64,000 nucleotides of DNA, taken from assembly GCA_964555055.1 (NCBI GenBank), contig CAZKQW010000004.1:145674-209673 (forward strand), in the 5' to 3' direction. Both the position numbers and the translations under genes were made by a program. Positions within the stretch are counted from its first letter, which is position 1. Each line of letters begins with the position of its first letter. The notes below the pieces were generated by a model. That model had not been told where the DNA came from, searched no databases, and saw nothing but the letters and a program-made list of their open reading frames with translations. Below are positions 11,401-19,107 of this stretch, in pieces. The stretch is from an uncultured Pseudomonadota bacterium. Lineage in GTDB: Bacteria > UBA10199 > JACPAL01 > GCA-016699445.

Positions 11401-11949
11401 AATTGGACAGAAGAACTCCTAACCTCTGTTAGGGCTAATGGTGCAGAGTTTGGATCTTCCGTAGCTATCAGTGGAGGTACAGCCGTTGTAGGGATACCCC
11501 TCGACGATGCAGGGATTGCCTCTTTAACAGATCGTGGTTCTGTGGATGTTTTTTTAGTATCGGCTTCTCCTATCATTACTTCTTCAGGTGGAAGCGGCGG
11601 CTCAGGTGGCACAGGAGGTGCTGAAGTGGGTGGCAGTGGTGGTTCGGAAACGGGAGGGAGTGGTGGCACGGGAGGTGCTGAAGTGGGTGGCAGTGGTGGT
11701 TCGGAAATTGGAGGGAGTGGTGGCACTAGTGAAGGTTCGGGTGGAACTTCAGGTTCTGGCGGAGACACAGGCGTAATTGGTGGTGGTGTGAGCGGGATTT
11801 CAGGAGGAGGCGGATCTAATGCTTCCGGTGGAGTTTCGGGAGCCAGTGGCATTGGTGGTGGTGATGTGAATCCTGGTGCAGGGGATGGCGCCACTGAGAG
11901 TAGCGGGGGATGTTCCTGCCATGTGACACCGGATAGTGAACTGAAATAA
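8434..11949 (+). CDS. giant secreted FG-GAP (integrin-alpha-like beta-propeller) repeat protein with Gly/Ser-rich C-terminal linker and terminal 'SSGGCSCHV' motif
   Basis: ATG at 8434 with AGGAG 8 nt upstream (the ORF track's GTG at 8401 is less likely). Signal/TM MKKNKLWLISIGVVLLTGLSVF. At least 12 repeats of 'FGxSVAxxGxxxxxGAP....QGAAYVF'. Tail GGSGGTGGAEVGGSGGSE x2 ... GGGDVNPGAGDGATESSGGCSCHVTPDSELK. Confidence 0.8.
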   Translation: MKKNKLWLISIGVVLLTGLSVFYHLTRTSTVSRLSEGNVETLPLEAQFVVSETLGKSQKVYQAKKNNDHYVFLNPSQSLEMRFDGNGALVKTKQGTWGLSWVAQQNSLGGSSLTPSFRVEQNRVTYDHGSIEEWYVNGPYGIQQGFTLKKKRSEDGNRVTLRLKEVGNLKGYLENGTLKVTPSAKQESNKSEVITYGGLYAYDAQGKSLPVWMEKESDHLLIHAETLGADYPIVIDPFIRQARALTSYQGFFAGHVNNIFGWSTALSGNRMVIGAPYQNVGSNVRQGAAYVFSRLGTSWVQEAVLIAGDGAAGDIFGAAVGIDGDRIVVAAPYNDIGSHPNQGAVYFFSFSSVSEAWSQEQKIVTSNGMSNDNLGYFSEPTRTLVIEGDTLVVGSLTANGGRGAVYVFNYSIPSLWTQQQELTAIDGNVGDFFGSAIALSGNMIIVGAYGDDIGSVANQGAAYVFTRLNPTAEWQLVERLTANDGSSDDNFGFAVAASGNRVVIGAPNKAVGMNYSQGAIYVFTLTGSTWSQVRIVAERGSTNELLGRSISFNGLRILGGARGISDRSYRDVGGGYLFSLVGSSWLQVQKLTINESRNTAWYGDSVALDGDYLLLATGQVPKIYVFHRSSDTTPSWTQQQQVKTIGGAQGDQFGYSVSATSDRIVVGAPYQDKDGNMDQGAAFVFLKSPTTNQWSQEQALFAFDGAAGDHFGSSVAMNANGNKIAIGAPDVDARRGPGQGAAYIFVRSLTSPPWSEEQKLVGSATEAGDHFGSSISMNNEPSVNERVIVGVPMDDVGATVDQGSVYTFFYSAFDTPSWSEEQQLIADDGATRSHFGHSVSLNGDRVIVGAPDHRVGTNDAQGKAYVFSFSSTRWALEQALTANNGLSNDQFGSAVSIHGDGLVVGAPGRARDPSHNYEGAAYIFSHSPSAPSPWSQEIYLTPSDSGDTHGFGKSVSIHGDIALVGAPTHSIGSTVAREGSAYLFFINGSNWTEELLTSVRANGAEFGSSVAISGGTAVVGIPLDDAGIASLTDRGSVDVFLVSASPIITSSGGSGGSGGTGGAEVGGSGGSETGGSGGTGGAEVGGSGGSEIGGSGGTSEGSGGTSGSGGDTGVIGGGVSGISGGGGSNASGGVSGASGIGGGDVNPGAGDGATESSGGCSCHVTPDSELK
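11605..11718 (+). repeat. 57-nt tandem repeat x2 (plus partial third unit) encoding GGTGGAEVGGSGGSE[T/I]GGS within the gene-1 linker
   Basis: Units start at 11605, 11662 and 11719; near-identical DNA. Confidence 0.8.
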
Positions 11950-11962
11950 AAAAGGTAAAGGT

Positions 11963-14900
11963 ATGAGAAAAAATCCGATTTATTTTTGTATAAAATTCTT
12001 GCTCTTTTTGTTTTTAGTTTGCTTTTTAACTCCAAACTCCAAAAGTTTTGCTGCGAACTTCGTTGTGACCGACCCTACAGATTCTATCCAATGTTCTAAC
12101 CCCATGACGAATTGTTCTCTTCGAGGAGCGATTCGCCTCATCAACGGCGGGACGGATGTGAACAATACCATCACATTAAACGGGCAGACGTTCGTCTTGG
12201 ACCTTTCAGGGACCGCCGCGGACGACAATAACGCGACCGGCGATTTGGACATCGTGGCTCCGGGACGGAGAGTGAGTATCGTCGGGGCGGGATGGGGTTT
12301 GACGCGTCTTTCCGTTTCGCCTACGGCAAGGTTGCGTGATCGAGCATTGCACGTCGTGGGGGGGGAAGTATCCTTGCGGAATTTAAGTATCGTAGGTGGA
12401 TGGACACGAGGAAATGGAGGGGCGATTTACGTCAACGCCGGAGGCACATTAATCCTGAATCAGGTGCAATTGGCGAACAACCACAGTGAAAACGGTTGCG
12501 GCGGCGCCATTTTCAATTCCGGCGTGTTAAACGTCTCGGAAGTCTCCATTGCTTCCAATACCGTGGGAAGAGAAACCGGCAATTTTACCGGCTATACTGG
12601 AGGTTCTTGGTTCGAGAGCGGAGGATTAGGGCCGGATACGCGAGGCTATTTCGAAGACCCTTCCAACGGAGGCGCTATTTGTAATAGCGGTTCGGTGGCG
12701 CGGGCTACGGTCACGAATACCACCATGAATGGAAATACGGCGCTGCGCTACGGAGGCGCGATCTATAACGAGCGTGGCGCCGTGATGGATCTTACGAATG
12801 TCACGATCAGCGGAAACACAGCGGCCGGCAGGTATTGGCGTAACGATGATGGGAATGATTTGAGCATCAGGGTCGGCCAAGGCGGCGGTATTTTCAACTC
12901 CTCGACGCTCAACGTCTTGAACGCCACCATTATCAATAACCAAGCTTCAGTCTCCGGAGGAGGAATACATAACGGCGCGGTAGCACTTCGCTCGAGCGAT
13001 AACCAAGCCGGTACGACGGCCCAAGGGTCCGGCGCCTTTGCCATCAGGAACAGCATTTTACAGCATAATATACTGACGAGGTCAGGAGATCCCGGGGAAA
13101 ATTGCGGCGCCTCTAATAACAGAAACGACGTCATCCTCACAACCTTAGGTAATAATATTTCAGACGACAATACGTGTACTGGCGTTTTTACTTTAGAACG
13201 GAACGATATGAGCAATATCACCGTTCCTCTTTCCGACTTAGATGTTCACCATGGAGGGCCCAATATCCTGTACCTTCACCACTTATTAGGTGGGCGCATG
13301 GTCCCGAACCCGGCTTTTGATACGGTGACATATAACCCTGAGTCTTGCCCACCTACCGACGGTAGAACATTTAGCCGGCCTCTATCCGCCCGTTGCGATG
13401 TTGGGGCTTTCGAGGCTGATCGAGTCATGGGAGCTTCGAATCCGTTTTTATCCGGACGCGAACTGAGCTTTGGCTTGCCCCTCGCCGTGGGAACCACGAG
13501 ACAAAGGACTTTGATCATTAGTTCCATTGCTTCTGGGATTATACAATCCTCTATGGAAAATCTCCTTCGTTCGGTTCAAGTGACGGGCTCTGACGCTTCA
13601 TTGTTTACGGTTAGCTCTACGGATCCGGATTGCATGGGCTCTCAATTGTCCTCTACTACTCCGTGCAGCCTTGTGATTACTTTCGCTCCGAACTCACAGG
13701 GCACTAAGAGGGCGCGTTTGACCGTTGCTTCTAACGCCGTCAACACCGTCGATAATCTTTTTACGATCGATCTCGTGGGTGTGGCGAATGCCGTGACGAC
13801 GCCGACATCTCCTCCCTTGGGTGAAAGCGTTTATTTCAGCGCGGACGAGATGAGCTTCGTTTCGCCCGTCGGCGGTTCGACGTCCCAAACCGTCACCGTG
13901 GAGAATATTTCGCCCGATCCCATTGCTGTTGATTTCGTGGTTTATTCCGGCGCCGGCTTTTCGGTGGTTTCGACCTGTAGCTCGACCGAGCCCTTGAGAG
14001 CGGCGACGCGACAAAGTCAGTTCAATCCTCTGACGAGGGAGACTTATTATTACTACACGGGTGGCGGTACCTGCACCGCGACCATCAGCTTCGCTCCCAG
14101 AGATACAATGCCGGTGAGAGGAAATGCTAGTTTCGATATACGTAGGGGCTCCGAAGGTCCCATCAGGAGGACGATGACGTTAAATGGACAAGGAGTGGAA
14201 TCCAATATCGTTCTTGAAGGTGCTCCAAGCTCCCAGATGCAGTTCGGTAATGTGATGTTGGGAAGGCCTGTAAGCTTGGGGTTGACCATAAGAAACACAG
14301 GACAGAGGGATTTGAGTCTTTCTAGAATTGCTTTGGCTCCAGAATCTGATCCGGCTTTTTCCGTGAACAATCCTTGCGTTCCTTCTTTAGTTCCTAATGG
14401 CTCTTGCCAAGCAACTATCACTTTCAGGCCTAGTGCCCTAAGGGCTTATGAAGCTCGTTTGGCTATCGAGAGTAATGATCCTGATTCACCGACAATGTCG
14501 GTCAACTTGATCGGTCAAGGCGTGGCGGGCGTCATTATGACTCTTCAGGATCATGACGTGACAGGCTCTCCGGGCGGTACCGTCGAGGTAAGATTGACTA
14601 TCGAAAGAAGCGGTTTCGTCGAGGCGATACCCGTCACTTTAGAGGGAGGAAGTCTTTTCACCGCGGATGAATTGATCATCCCCGCGGTCGATACTTTGCC
14701 TACGGCGCCTATCGCTTACAACCGCAGCTTGGTTATCCGTATTCCTTCCAATATCGGAGCAGGAGTCAGCTATGGTTTAGCAGTTGATGCCAGGGTCAGC
14801 GATATGATTTCTGCGCAAAGGGATAACGTCACGGTCCATATTGTGGAAGCGACAGCAGGAGGGTCCGGCGGTAGTGGAGGTTCCAGCGACGGTTCTGGAG

Positions 14901-15220
14901 GAAGCGGCGGCTCGAGTGACGGTTCCGGAGGCTCTCCTTCGGGAAGTGGAGGGGAAACGGCGGGGTCCGGCGGCAGCGAGCCGGGAACGGGTGGAAGCTC
15001 GGAAGGGACCGGGGGAGGCGTTCCGGGAGGTGCGGGGACGGGCGGCGCTGAAGCAGGTAGCGGTGGCGACGTCGGCGGACCCGTCGGCGGTGGCAGCGGC
15101 GTCTCGGGTGCCGGAGGGGCAGGAGGCGCTGGTGGCGGAGACGTCAATCCAGGCGAAGGTCCCGGAGCCGACGGCAGCAGCGGCGGGTGTTCTTGCCGCG
15201 TGATATCAGAAGCGCCTTAA
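11963..15220 (+). CDS. giant secreted protein: CSLREA N-terminal motif + right-handed parallel beta-helix repeats + Ig-like/choice-of-anchor-type domains + Gly/Ser-rich linker + terminal 'SSGGCSCRV' motif
   Basis: Signal peptide, 'TNCSLRGAIRLINGG' (CSLREA-type). Repeated 'GGAIYN..G...NVTIsGN' beta-helix turns. C-terminal GS-rich tail ...GGGDVNPGEGPGADGSSGGCSCRVISEAP. Confidence 0.8.
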   Translation: MRKNPIYFCIKFLLFLFLVCFLTPNSKSFAANFVVTDPTDSIQCSNPMTNCSLRGAIRLINGGTDVNNTITLNGQTFVLDLSGTAADDNNATGDLDIVAPGRRVSIVGAGWGLTRLSVSPTARLRDRALHVVGGEVSLRNLSIVGGWTRGNGGAIYVNAGGTLILNQVQLANNHSENGCGGAIFNSGVLNVSEVSIASNTVGRETGNFTGYTGGSWFESGGLGPDTRGYFEDPSNGGAICNSGSVARATVTNTTMNGNTALRYGGAIYNERGAVMDLTNVTISGNTAAGRYWRNDDGNDLSIRVGQGGGIFNSSTLNVLNATIINNQASVSGGGIHNGAVALRSSDNQAGTTAQGSGAFAIRNSILQHNILTRSGDPGENCGASNNRNDVILTTLGNNISDDNTCTGVFTLERNDMSNITVPLSDLDVHHGGPNILYLHHLLGGRMVPNPAFDTVTYNPESCPPTDGRTFSRPLSARCDVGAFEADRVMGASNPFLSGRELSFGLPLAVGTTRQRTLIISSIASGIIQSSMENLLRSVQVTGSDASLFTVSSTDPDCMGSQLSSTTPCSLVITFAPNSQGTKRARLTVASNAVNTVDNLFTIDLVGVANAVTTPTSPPLGESVYFSADEMSFVSPVGGSTSQTVTVENISPDPIAVDFVVYSGAGFSVVSTCSSTEPLRAATRQSQFNPLTRETYYYYTGGGTCTATISFAPRDTMPVRGNASFDIRRGSEGPIRRTMTLNGQGVESNIVLEGAPSSQMQFGNVMLGRPVSLGLTIRNTGQRDLSLSRIALAPESDPAFSVNNPCVPSLVPNGSCQATITFRPSALRAYEARLAIESNDPDSPTMSVNLIGQGVAGVIMTLQDHDVTGSPGGTVEVRLTIERSGFVEAIPVTLEGGSLFTADELIIPAVDTLPTAPIAYNRSLVIRIPSNIGAGVSYGLAVDARVSDMISAQRDNVTVHIVEATAGGSGGSGGSSDGSGGSGGSSDGSGGSPSGSGGETAGSGGSEPGTGGSSEGTGGGVPGGAGTGGAEAGSGGDVGGPVGGGSGVSGAGGAGGAGGGDVNPGEGPGADGSSGGCSCRVISEAP

Positions 15221-15376
15221 ATGACGTCGAGTGTAAATGAGAAAGGTGCCCGGATCCTTTTCCGGGAGCCTTTTGTATTTTTGGGCTTTAGGGGGAAAAG
15301 TGTTTCGCCGTTAGGGTTCTTATCAGTAGTGTCAACGCTTTTCATTAAAGACGGGTCGATAAACTGGAGAATCCCT

Positions 15377-18310
15377 ATGAAGAACTTCTCATCACGTTTC
15401 TTCGCATTAAGCCTCATGGCCATTTTTCTGTTTTCTTTACGAGCGTTCGCCGATTTGAATCGTTGGAGCGCGATCGGCCCTGGGGGAGGTCAGGTGACCG
15501 CTCTCGTTTCCACCAGCCCTACGGAGTTTTACGCCGGAACGGCGACCGCGGGGGTTTGGAGGGGAACGGTCGATGGCATCGGTGCTGTCTCCTGGCGAAA
15601 CGTAAACGGGACCGGAGAGGATTCCTTAGGGGACATCTTCAATGAGAAAGCGAGAAGGATCCAAGCCTTGAAAGTCAGCGGCGGCGTTATTTTCGTGGGG
15701 ACGGAAACCGATGGTGTCTGGAGGGGGGCCGTCAGGATCGATGGGACGGTCGCCTGGAGTCCTCTCAATGGGACGGGAATGAGTCGATTAGGCGGCGCTC
15801 CGTCGGGTAGCGCTTATAACGTACGCGCCTTGGAAATCTCGGGTTCGACGGTTTACGCCGGAACGAGCAACGGTGTCTGGAAAGGGGTTCTCGCGAGCTC
15901 CGACGGGCAAGTGAACGCGGTTTGGAGTCCTTTCAACGGATCGGGCGTCACAGCCTTGCCCGCGTCTGCTGGCATTAAAGTTCTACTGCTTTCCGGGTCC
16001 GTCCTCTTTGCGGGCTTAAATAATACCCTGCCGGATGGTTTGGGGGGAGGCGTTTGGAGAGGGACGATTTCTGAAACGGACGGTGTTTCAGATATTCAAT
16101 GGAGGGATTTTAACGGAACGTCTGGGGGCGCCTCGTTAGGATTAGATGGTCGTGAACCTTTGGCGCGCTATGTCAACGATTTAGCTCTGTATGAAGTGGA
16201 AGGGCTCGGGGAATTTCTTTTCGTTGCGACTAATGGCGCGGGCGTTTGGACTTCTTACTCTGACCCACCGGCTGCCTGGGGTTTGCTGACCTCCGGGCCG
16301 GCCCGATTGAATAATACGGATCGTGTCGTCGTGCGTTCCATTAAAACCCTTAGAACGGGTCCCACGACGCATTTATACGCGGCGACAGAAGGGGTCGGTA
16401 TTTGGAAATGCAATCTCAGTGCTTTGGGAACCACGCAGATCACACCTTGGTCCGCGGCCAATGGAGGATCCGGTGCGATCTTAGGAGGCAGGAACGGCTC
16501 TTCGGCTTTTTACGGGAACGTTTTGTCGGTCAACGGAGCGGAAGTCGTCGCCGGCACTGGCGCCGGAGTCTGGAAAGGGACGCCGCAGCCTTCCGGGGAT
16601 ATGAACTGGAGCGATTGGAACGGTTCCGCAACATCTCCACTTTTGGCCCATAACGTCACTTCCGTCGCTACGGCCGGCTCCAGGGTTTATGTGGGAACGG
16701 ATTCGGGAGTCTGGAAAGGAACGCGAGACTCCGATGACCATTATACGTGGACCGAATTTAACGGTTCCAGCACGGCCACCACCACGACCGTCTTGGGGGG
16801 ATTCGTCAATACTTTAGGTGTCCCTGTGAGTTTTCTGGGTGGCAGACAGGTGAAGTCGATCGTTTTCGACGGCGACGACTTAGGTTCGGATTTGTATGTG
16901 GCCACACAAAATATGGGTGTTTGGAGGGGACGAATCACGGGCTCCGAGGATTCCGAGAGCGTGTCATGGAGCGATTTCAACGGATCTTCGCCATCCGATT
17001 CCCTAAACGGCGACGATAATCGGTTCAAGCCCATCGTCTCCTCGTTGACGTCTTCGTCCTCCGCGGACGGCCGCGTTCTTTATGCGGGTTTGATAGGCAT
17101 CGATAGCGGCACCGTCTGGAGGAGGAATCTGGCTTCCGGAGGATGGCAAAGCCTTTGGTCGTCAAGGCATGCCGTAAGATCCCTGAACGTGGCGTTGCCC
17201 AATTTGTACGTCGGTCATGACGGTGGGATCAGACGGGTTTTATTAGGAACTGGAGCTACTTTTGATTTCAACGGGGAAAGCTCTACATCCTTGATGGCCG
17301 TCGGAAATCTTAACGCGCTTCACGTGAGAAGTCTTTTGTCGGAAGGTGGAACGCTGTATGCGGCCACGGAAGCCGGGATTTTTAAAGGCACCGTTGCGAC
17401 GGCGGAGGACGGCGTCATGAGCGTTCAGTGGACGAACGGTAATGGACCGGGCCTCTCCGACTATTTGGACGGAACTGTGAGGGCGAAAAGCAGTTCCTTG
17501 GCTTATCTACGTAACCGCTTATACGTGGGGGCTATGGCGGGAGGCGTATGGAAAGGGGATGAGGCCGGAGGGATCCGGTGGAGCGATGCGAATGACGGAT
17601 TGCCTTATGTCAGCGTCAATTATTTAGGGCTTTCCGCGGACCGCGCTTCCATCCTCGCGGGAACAGGCCATTCCTTGTTTCAATTCACGCCAGGCGCCTT
17701 CTGCGGCAACAGTCTCGTGGAATCCGGAGAGACCTGCGACGACGGTAATACTGTTACCACGGACGCGTGCCCCAGATGCCAGCGGGCGCGTTGTGGAGAC
17801 GGGTTTACACGCATGGATATTACGGATCCTACCCATCCCGCCTACGAACAATGCGATTCCGGTACGAACTGCGATAGTCAGTGTCGTTTAATCGTAGGTG
17901 CTGGCGGTATTTCTGGAAGCGGATCCGGCGGAGAGTCGGGAGGCTCTGGAGGGACTTCGGAGGAGGGTACGGGTGGCGCTCCCGATGGCATGGCTACTGG
18001 AGGGGGGGCAGAACCTTCTACAGGCGGAACATCAGGGGACTCGGGTAGCGGTGGGGATGATGCGGGTACGGGGGGAGGCGCTCCCGGAGGTATCGAAACC
18101 GGTGGCGTTCCTGGCGAAGAGTCGGGGATAGGCGGCGCTGAAGAAGGTAGTGCTGGCGACATCGGAGGCCCTGTCGGCGGTGGTAGCGGCGTCTCGGGTG
18201 CCGGAGGGGCAGGAGGCGCTGGTGGCGGAGACGTCAATCCAGGCGAAGGGCCCGGAGCTGACGGCAGCAGCGGCGGTTGCTCCTGTCATGTGACGCCTGA
18301 GATGTATTAG
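15377..18310 (+). CDS. giant secreted repeat protein: about 13 'GT..GVW[RK]G ... W..[FL]NG[ST]' propeller-like repeats + Myxococcus-type cysteine-rich repeat + Gly/Ser-rich linker + terminal 'SSGGCSCHV' motif
   Basis: ATG at 15377 with GGAGAA RBS and signal peptide MKNFSSRFFALSLMAIFLFSLRAFA. The ORF-track start 15221 lacks an RBS or signal. 'CGNSLVESGETCDDGNTVTTDACPRCQRARCGDGF...EQCDSGTNCDSQC' resembles the Myxococcus cysteine-rich repeat. Tail ...GGGDVNPGEGPGADGSSGGCSCHVTPEMY. Confidence 0.8.
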   Translation: MKNFSSRFFALSLMAIFLFSLRAFADLNRWSAIGPGGGQVTALVSTSPTEFYAGTATAGVWRGTVDGIGAVSWRNVNGTGEDSLGDIFNEKARRIQALKVSGGVIFVGTETDGVWRGAVRIDGTVAWSPLNGTGMSRLGGAPSGSAYNVRALEISGSTVYAGTSNGVWKGVLASSDGQVNAVWSPFNGSGVTALPASAGIKVLLLSGSVLFAGLNNTLPDGLGGGVWRGTISETDGVSDIQWRDFNGTSGGASLGLDGREPLARYVNDLALYEVEGLGEFLFVATNGAGVWTSYSDPPAAWGLLTSGPARLNNTDRVVVRSIKTLRTGPTTHLYAATEGVGIWKCNLSALGTTQITPWSAANGGSGAILGGRNGSSAFYGNVLSVNGAEVVAGTGAGVWKGTPQPSGDMNWSDWNGSATSPLLAHNVTSVATAGSRVYVGTDSGVWKGTRDSDDHYTWTEFNGSSTATTTTVLGGFVNTLGVPVSFLGGRQVKSIVFDGDDLGSDLYVATQNMGVWRGRITGSEDSESVSWSDFNGSSPSDSLNGDDNRFKPIVSSLTSSSSADGRVLYAGLIGIDSGTVWRRNLASGGWQSLWSSRHAVRSLNVALPNLYVGHDGGIRRVLLGTGATFDFNGESSTSLMAVGNLNALHVRSLLSEGGTLYAATEAGIFKGTVATAEDGVMSVQWTNGNGPGLSDYLDGTVRAKSSSLAYLRNRLYVGAMAGGVWKGDEAGGIRWSDANDGLPYVSVNYLGLSADRASILAGTGHSLFQFTPGAFCGNSLVESGETCDDGNTVTTDACPRCQRARCGDGFTRMDITDPTHPAYEQCDSGTNCDSQCRLIVGAGGISGSGSGGESGGSGGTSEEGTGGAPDGMATGGGAEPSTGGTSGDSGSGGDDAGTGGGAPGGIETGGVPGEESGIGGAEEGSAGDIGGPVGGGSGVSGAGGAGGAGGGDVNPGEGPGADGSSGGCSCHVTPEMY

Positions 18311-18336
18311 GCTTCATAAAACGGAAAAAGGAAAAA

Positions 18337-18365
18337 GGCGCCCGGGAGACCGGGTGCCTTTTTTG
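18337..18365. terminator. bidirectional Rho-independent terminator (GGCGCCCGG-gaga-CCGGGTGCC + T-run) between convergent genes
   Basis: 9-bp GC stem with one G-U, followed by TTTTTTGCT. The reverse strand also has a T-rich tract. Confidence 0.6.
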
Positions 18366-18387
18366 CTCATGAGATGTCATAAAGGGA

Positions 18388-19107
18388 TTATGGTTTGAAT
18401 GAGCCTTTCAAGGAATAATAACAGCCTCTATTTTTGCCCTTTTTCCGGATCCACGGCACCGAGAGGTCTTTAAGCGCCTGTTGCCGGCTAACGCTAAAAT
18501 GAATCGCTTTCAGGTAATCCCCTTGACGGAAATGTTTTTGATGGGACGCTAAGTCTCTCAGGATATTCAGTCTGACATCGGTATCATAATGATAGATCCT
18601 CCGCGCCGGAGAAGCGTCTTCCTTTAGCGCGGGGCGATCGGCCGCTAAAAAGCCCCATTTTTTGAAAGCCCAAAGTGGCTTCGAAATGACCTCATTCATT
18701 TTCGACCCAGCGACTTTATAAAGGCTTTTATAGAAAAGCTGGGAAGGTAACGGTTGAGCACCCGTTAAGGCGTATTCTAAAAGATCCGATTTTCTTGTTT
18801 CGAGAACGAATTCCGAGATTACCCCCAGGATCGGCAGAGCCTGGCATCGTACCAATTCCTTCTTCCAGACGATGGGGTCCACTTGAGGGTCCGTTTTTGA
18901 AAAATATGCAATGAGGATTGCCAGGAGGCGTGGATCGTAGCGGGATTGTAAAATGGACAAGGTCCAAAAGGACTCCGGAGAGAGTTTTTTGAAAAGAGAC
19001 GCGGGGGTGTTCCTGCCTTCCGCCGGGGCTCCGTGGTGACTAAGCTCGAAATAAAGCCGGGAAGATTCCTTTTCGTTTAAAGGGATATGCTGAAGGATGT
19101 CCGTCAT
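18388..19107 (-). CDS. hypothetical protein, possible HEPN-domain partner (C-terminal R-x4-H 'RDLASH') of upstream nucleotidyltransferase
   Basis: 239-aa ORF overlapping the upstream gene by 4 nt (ATGA), which suggests an operon. 'ILRDLASHQKH' lies near the C-terminus. Confidence 0.45.
   Translation of the reverse strand: MTDILQHIPLNEKESSRLYFELSHHGAPAEGRNTPASLFKKLSPESFWTLSILQSRYDPRLLAILIAYFSKTDPQVDPIVWKKELVRCQALPILGVISEFVLETRKSDLLEYALTGAQPLPSQLFYKSLYKVAGSKMNEVISKPLWAFKKWGFLAADRPALKEDASPARRIYHYDTDVRLNILRDLASHQKHFRQGDYLKAIHFSVSRQQALKDLSVPWIRKKGKNRGCYYSLKGSFKP

Noticed and set aside
11580-11900. Possible CRISPR array given regular short repeats
   Set aside because: The repeats are in-frame 57-nt coding units without spacer-like unique segments. 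There are no cas genes, and the protein-level periodicity is conserved.
11780-11949. Classifying the C-terminal tag as MYXO-CTERM
   Set aside because: MYXO-CTERM requires a hydrophobic TM helix and Arg-rich tail after the Cys motif. All three proteins stop 6-8 residues after GGCSC.
11376-12035. Pro-rich minus-strand ORFs (also 14770-15147 and 17878-18237) that look like PPxP cell-wall proteins
   Set aside because: They are antisense translations of the GGN-rich Gly/Ser linker coding sequence (GGN complement gives NCC, Pro). The sense frames are the long, domain-containing genes.
15221-15376. ORF-track start at 15221 for gene 3
   Set aside because: The 52-aa N-terminal extension has no RBS or signal peptide. 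ATG at 15377 has a GGAGAA RBS and a clear signal peptide.
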